From the human T2T-CHM13v2.0 reference genome, Homo sapiens, in NCBI RefSeq assembly GCF_009914755.1, contig NC_060936.1: DNA of 64,000 nt; one strand, given 5' to 3'. The notes under the pieces are model-generated. The model searched no databases. It saw only the letters and a program-made list of their open reading frames with translations, and had not been told where the DNA came from. Position 1 is the first letter of the stretch; every line of letters begins with the position of its first letter. The position numbers and the translations under genes were made by a program. Shown piece by piece: positions 61,405 to 64,000 of the stretch.

Positions 61405-62244
61405 AACATCTATCTTTAAGAGGTAAAGGTGGAAGCTATGGGGCAGGGCCTCCCAGGAAGCAGGAGGTGAGGCCAGAGCACAGGAGGAGGGATTTACCCT
61501 CAGGTGCTGCCTGACCGGTGAGTGATCCTAACCCTGAATCAGCCGCTGAGTCAGCCTCAGGGCCCTGTTTGACAGTTATGACATCTTGATCCACAGAATG
61601 GAGGACTCCCAGGCAGTGTTTCCTTGTGCTGCCTAGACACAGCTAGCCCTGGAGACCACCTCTGGGCCTCTGGTTACACTAGCTCGACAATTTCTTAGCT
61701 TCTGGTGATCCTTTTCAATCCATCACGTAAAAGGTGATTTACAACCAAACATATTACACCCCAGGTAAAAGACCGTTCATTGATCTCTGGTTTTTCCTAG
61801 GACAGATCCACCTTACTAACCAGGGTGCATTCTCAACACACAGCTCTGCACAGGTTCTTATATCTCTTCTCTGTGCCACACTTTCCATAGCTGCTTTTAT
61901 TTCCTTTTCACTTTGATTCCATGTTCTCTGTACATGAAGATATCGATGATCATAACTTGAAGATGCAAAGACAGAATTTAATGTTTATGAAGTGTTTTCT
62001 CCTTTGATTCCTCTAATAACCCCACTGGGTGGGTGTGGTCATTAAATCCATCTTATGGATAAAGAAGCTAAGATTCAGAGAAGTAAAATACCTTGTTCAA
62101 CTGTTCACTGGGAATAAACAGCAGAGCAGACCCCTGACTCCAGAGCTCATGCTAGAAGGAGCTGAAGCATCCAAATAGTCCACCTGAACTCTTTGATTTT
62201 GAAGTTTCAGGGGTTTAGATATAAGCGGTTTGAGGTTGAGGTAT

Positions 62245-62730
62245 GAATTGGTTATCCATCGCCACTACAGTGCTGTGTAATAACCAACCACAAAACTTCA
62301 ATGGCATATAACAATAAACATTTAGTTAGCTCACAAGTCTGCATGGTTCAGCTGTTCTGGGTGTGGCTGGGCTCACTGATGTGCCTGCAGTCAGTTGCAT
62401 TTCGGCTAGTCAGCTCTGCTGACCTGGCCAGATTCATTCATTGGTGTGAGAGCTGGCTGGCCACCTATTCATCGAATAAGATGACTAGGTCCCAGCTCTG
62501 GTCCGTGTCTTTCTTCTTCCATCTAGGCTGGATGTTTGATGGTGATGGCAGAACAAATAGAAACATGCGAGTGCTTGTTCAAGTCTTTGCTTGCATCACA
62601 TTTGCCGACAGTCCTTTGGCCAAAGTGAGTCACACATCCCGCCTAGATTCTGGCAGGAATTGGAAAGTCACATGGCAAATGGATATGGACAGGGTGAAGA
62701 CTGGGAGCTATTAATGCAATCAGCCTACCT
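62245..62730 (-). mobile_element. MLT1G/H-like LTR
   Basis: gtgtaataaccaaccacaaaacttcaatggcat...ctttggccaaagtgagtcaca. Confidence 0.6.
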
Positions 62731-62799
62731 CAAGGCGAACGTCCAAATCAAAACCTTCTTATTTCTATCCATTTTCTACTCCACTAAAGTACAGTTAGA

Positions 62800-63350
62800 C
62801 AGCAATGCTTTTGAAGTTCAGTGGCTTCCTATGGCAACCAGAGTAAAATACCGGTTCCTTACCGTCACTACAAAGCCTGCCATTAGTGGGTCCCTGATGA
62901 CTTCTCCAAACTCAATTCTGGCCATTCTCTCCATCTCTCCCTGTGCTCCAGCCACACTGGCCACGTTTTCCTGGGTCAGGGCTTGGCACATGTTGTTCCC
63001 TTTACCTGCAAAGCATCCTAACCCCACCCTCACCCTTCATTTGGCTGCCTTCCCCTCATCCCTTAGGGCGAGGCTTAAATGTCACCTTCTTGTACCACCT
63101 GACCCAAAGTGGCAGCCTCTACCTCAGCTTCCTGTTTGTATTCTTATTTAACTCTCATCACCATTTGCAGTCGTACTTTTTACTTGTTTTCCTATCTTTT
63201 GGTCTGTCTTCCCTGCTGGGGTGCAGGTCCAGGAGGACAAGAACCTCATTGGTCATGTCCACCATTGTGTGCCTGTGCCCAGCATAGCAGTCGATGGAGA
63301 GTGGGCACTCGATACACATATGAATAAACGAATGAGTGAGTGAGTGAGTG
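62800..63350 (+). mobile_element. L2 3' end
   Basis: gctccagccacactggcc...cttaaatgtcacc...ends tgaataaacgaatgagtgagtga. Confidence 0.75.
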
Positions 63351-63351
63351 A

Positions 63352-63695
<344 letters not shown>

Positions 63696-64000
63696 TCAGA
63701 TAAACTCTTAAAGATAGAGATCAACCTCTCTGGACTTGGGATTCAATGTCCTGCCTCCTCAGAGAAACTCTTATGACCTTAGACAGAATTTCTAGACAAA
63801 ATTTGGCTTATCAGTGAGAGTAATTTTACCAAAGTAAAATTACATGGTGTCTTTCCTCTTGTTTGGTGGGAAGGTGAGGAGCAGGACCAGAGAACCCACC
63901 CCAAAGCCTTCACCATGAGCAGGTGGAAGAGACACGGAATCTGTGACATGGGGAGAGGCAAGTGCCACAGAGCACTAGAGATGGGTTCAGGAAATTTGAG

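Noticed and set aside
62301-63287. Overlapping 137/186/114-aa ORFs
   Set aside because: They lie in MLT1 and L2 remnants and show no protein similarity I can recognise.

Overview
This window is primate genomic DNA, most likely human (AluJ/S/Y, L1PA, THE1 and MLT2A are present), not prokaryotic. It is repeat-dense intergenic or intronic sequence with no recognisable intact host gene. Almost all listed ORFs are chance frames or translated Alu/L1/MaLR sequence. The one gene-derived element is a 5'-truncated processed pseudogene of SET (TAF-I/I2PP2A), 36995-39160 (+). The most unusual structure is an antisense internal 5S rRNA fragment (5S nt ~14-85, 36924-36995) fused to the 5' end of that SET copy inside one 14-bp target-site duplication (TSD). 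This suggests a two-RNA chimeric retrocopy made by twin priming in trans. The same target sequence occurs a third time after an adjacent Alu, so the site was reused. Other notable structures are an old inverted, apparently DNA-templated local copy of an Alu plus its 3' flank with a 33-bp target duplication (54010-54340 copied to 55881-56174), a twin-primed inverted L1PA sharing a palindromic endonuclease site with an Alu, a tight inverted Alu pair inside Charlie1a, and several motif-dense candidate enhancers. Repeat family names come from recalled consensus sequences, not a RepeatMasker run. Boundaries without a stated TSD are approximate.
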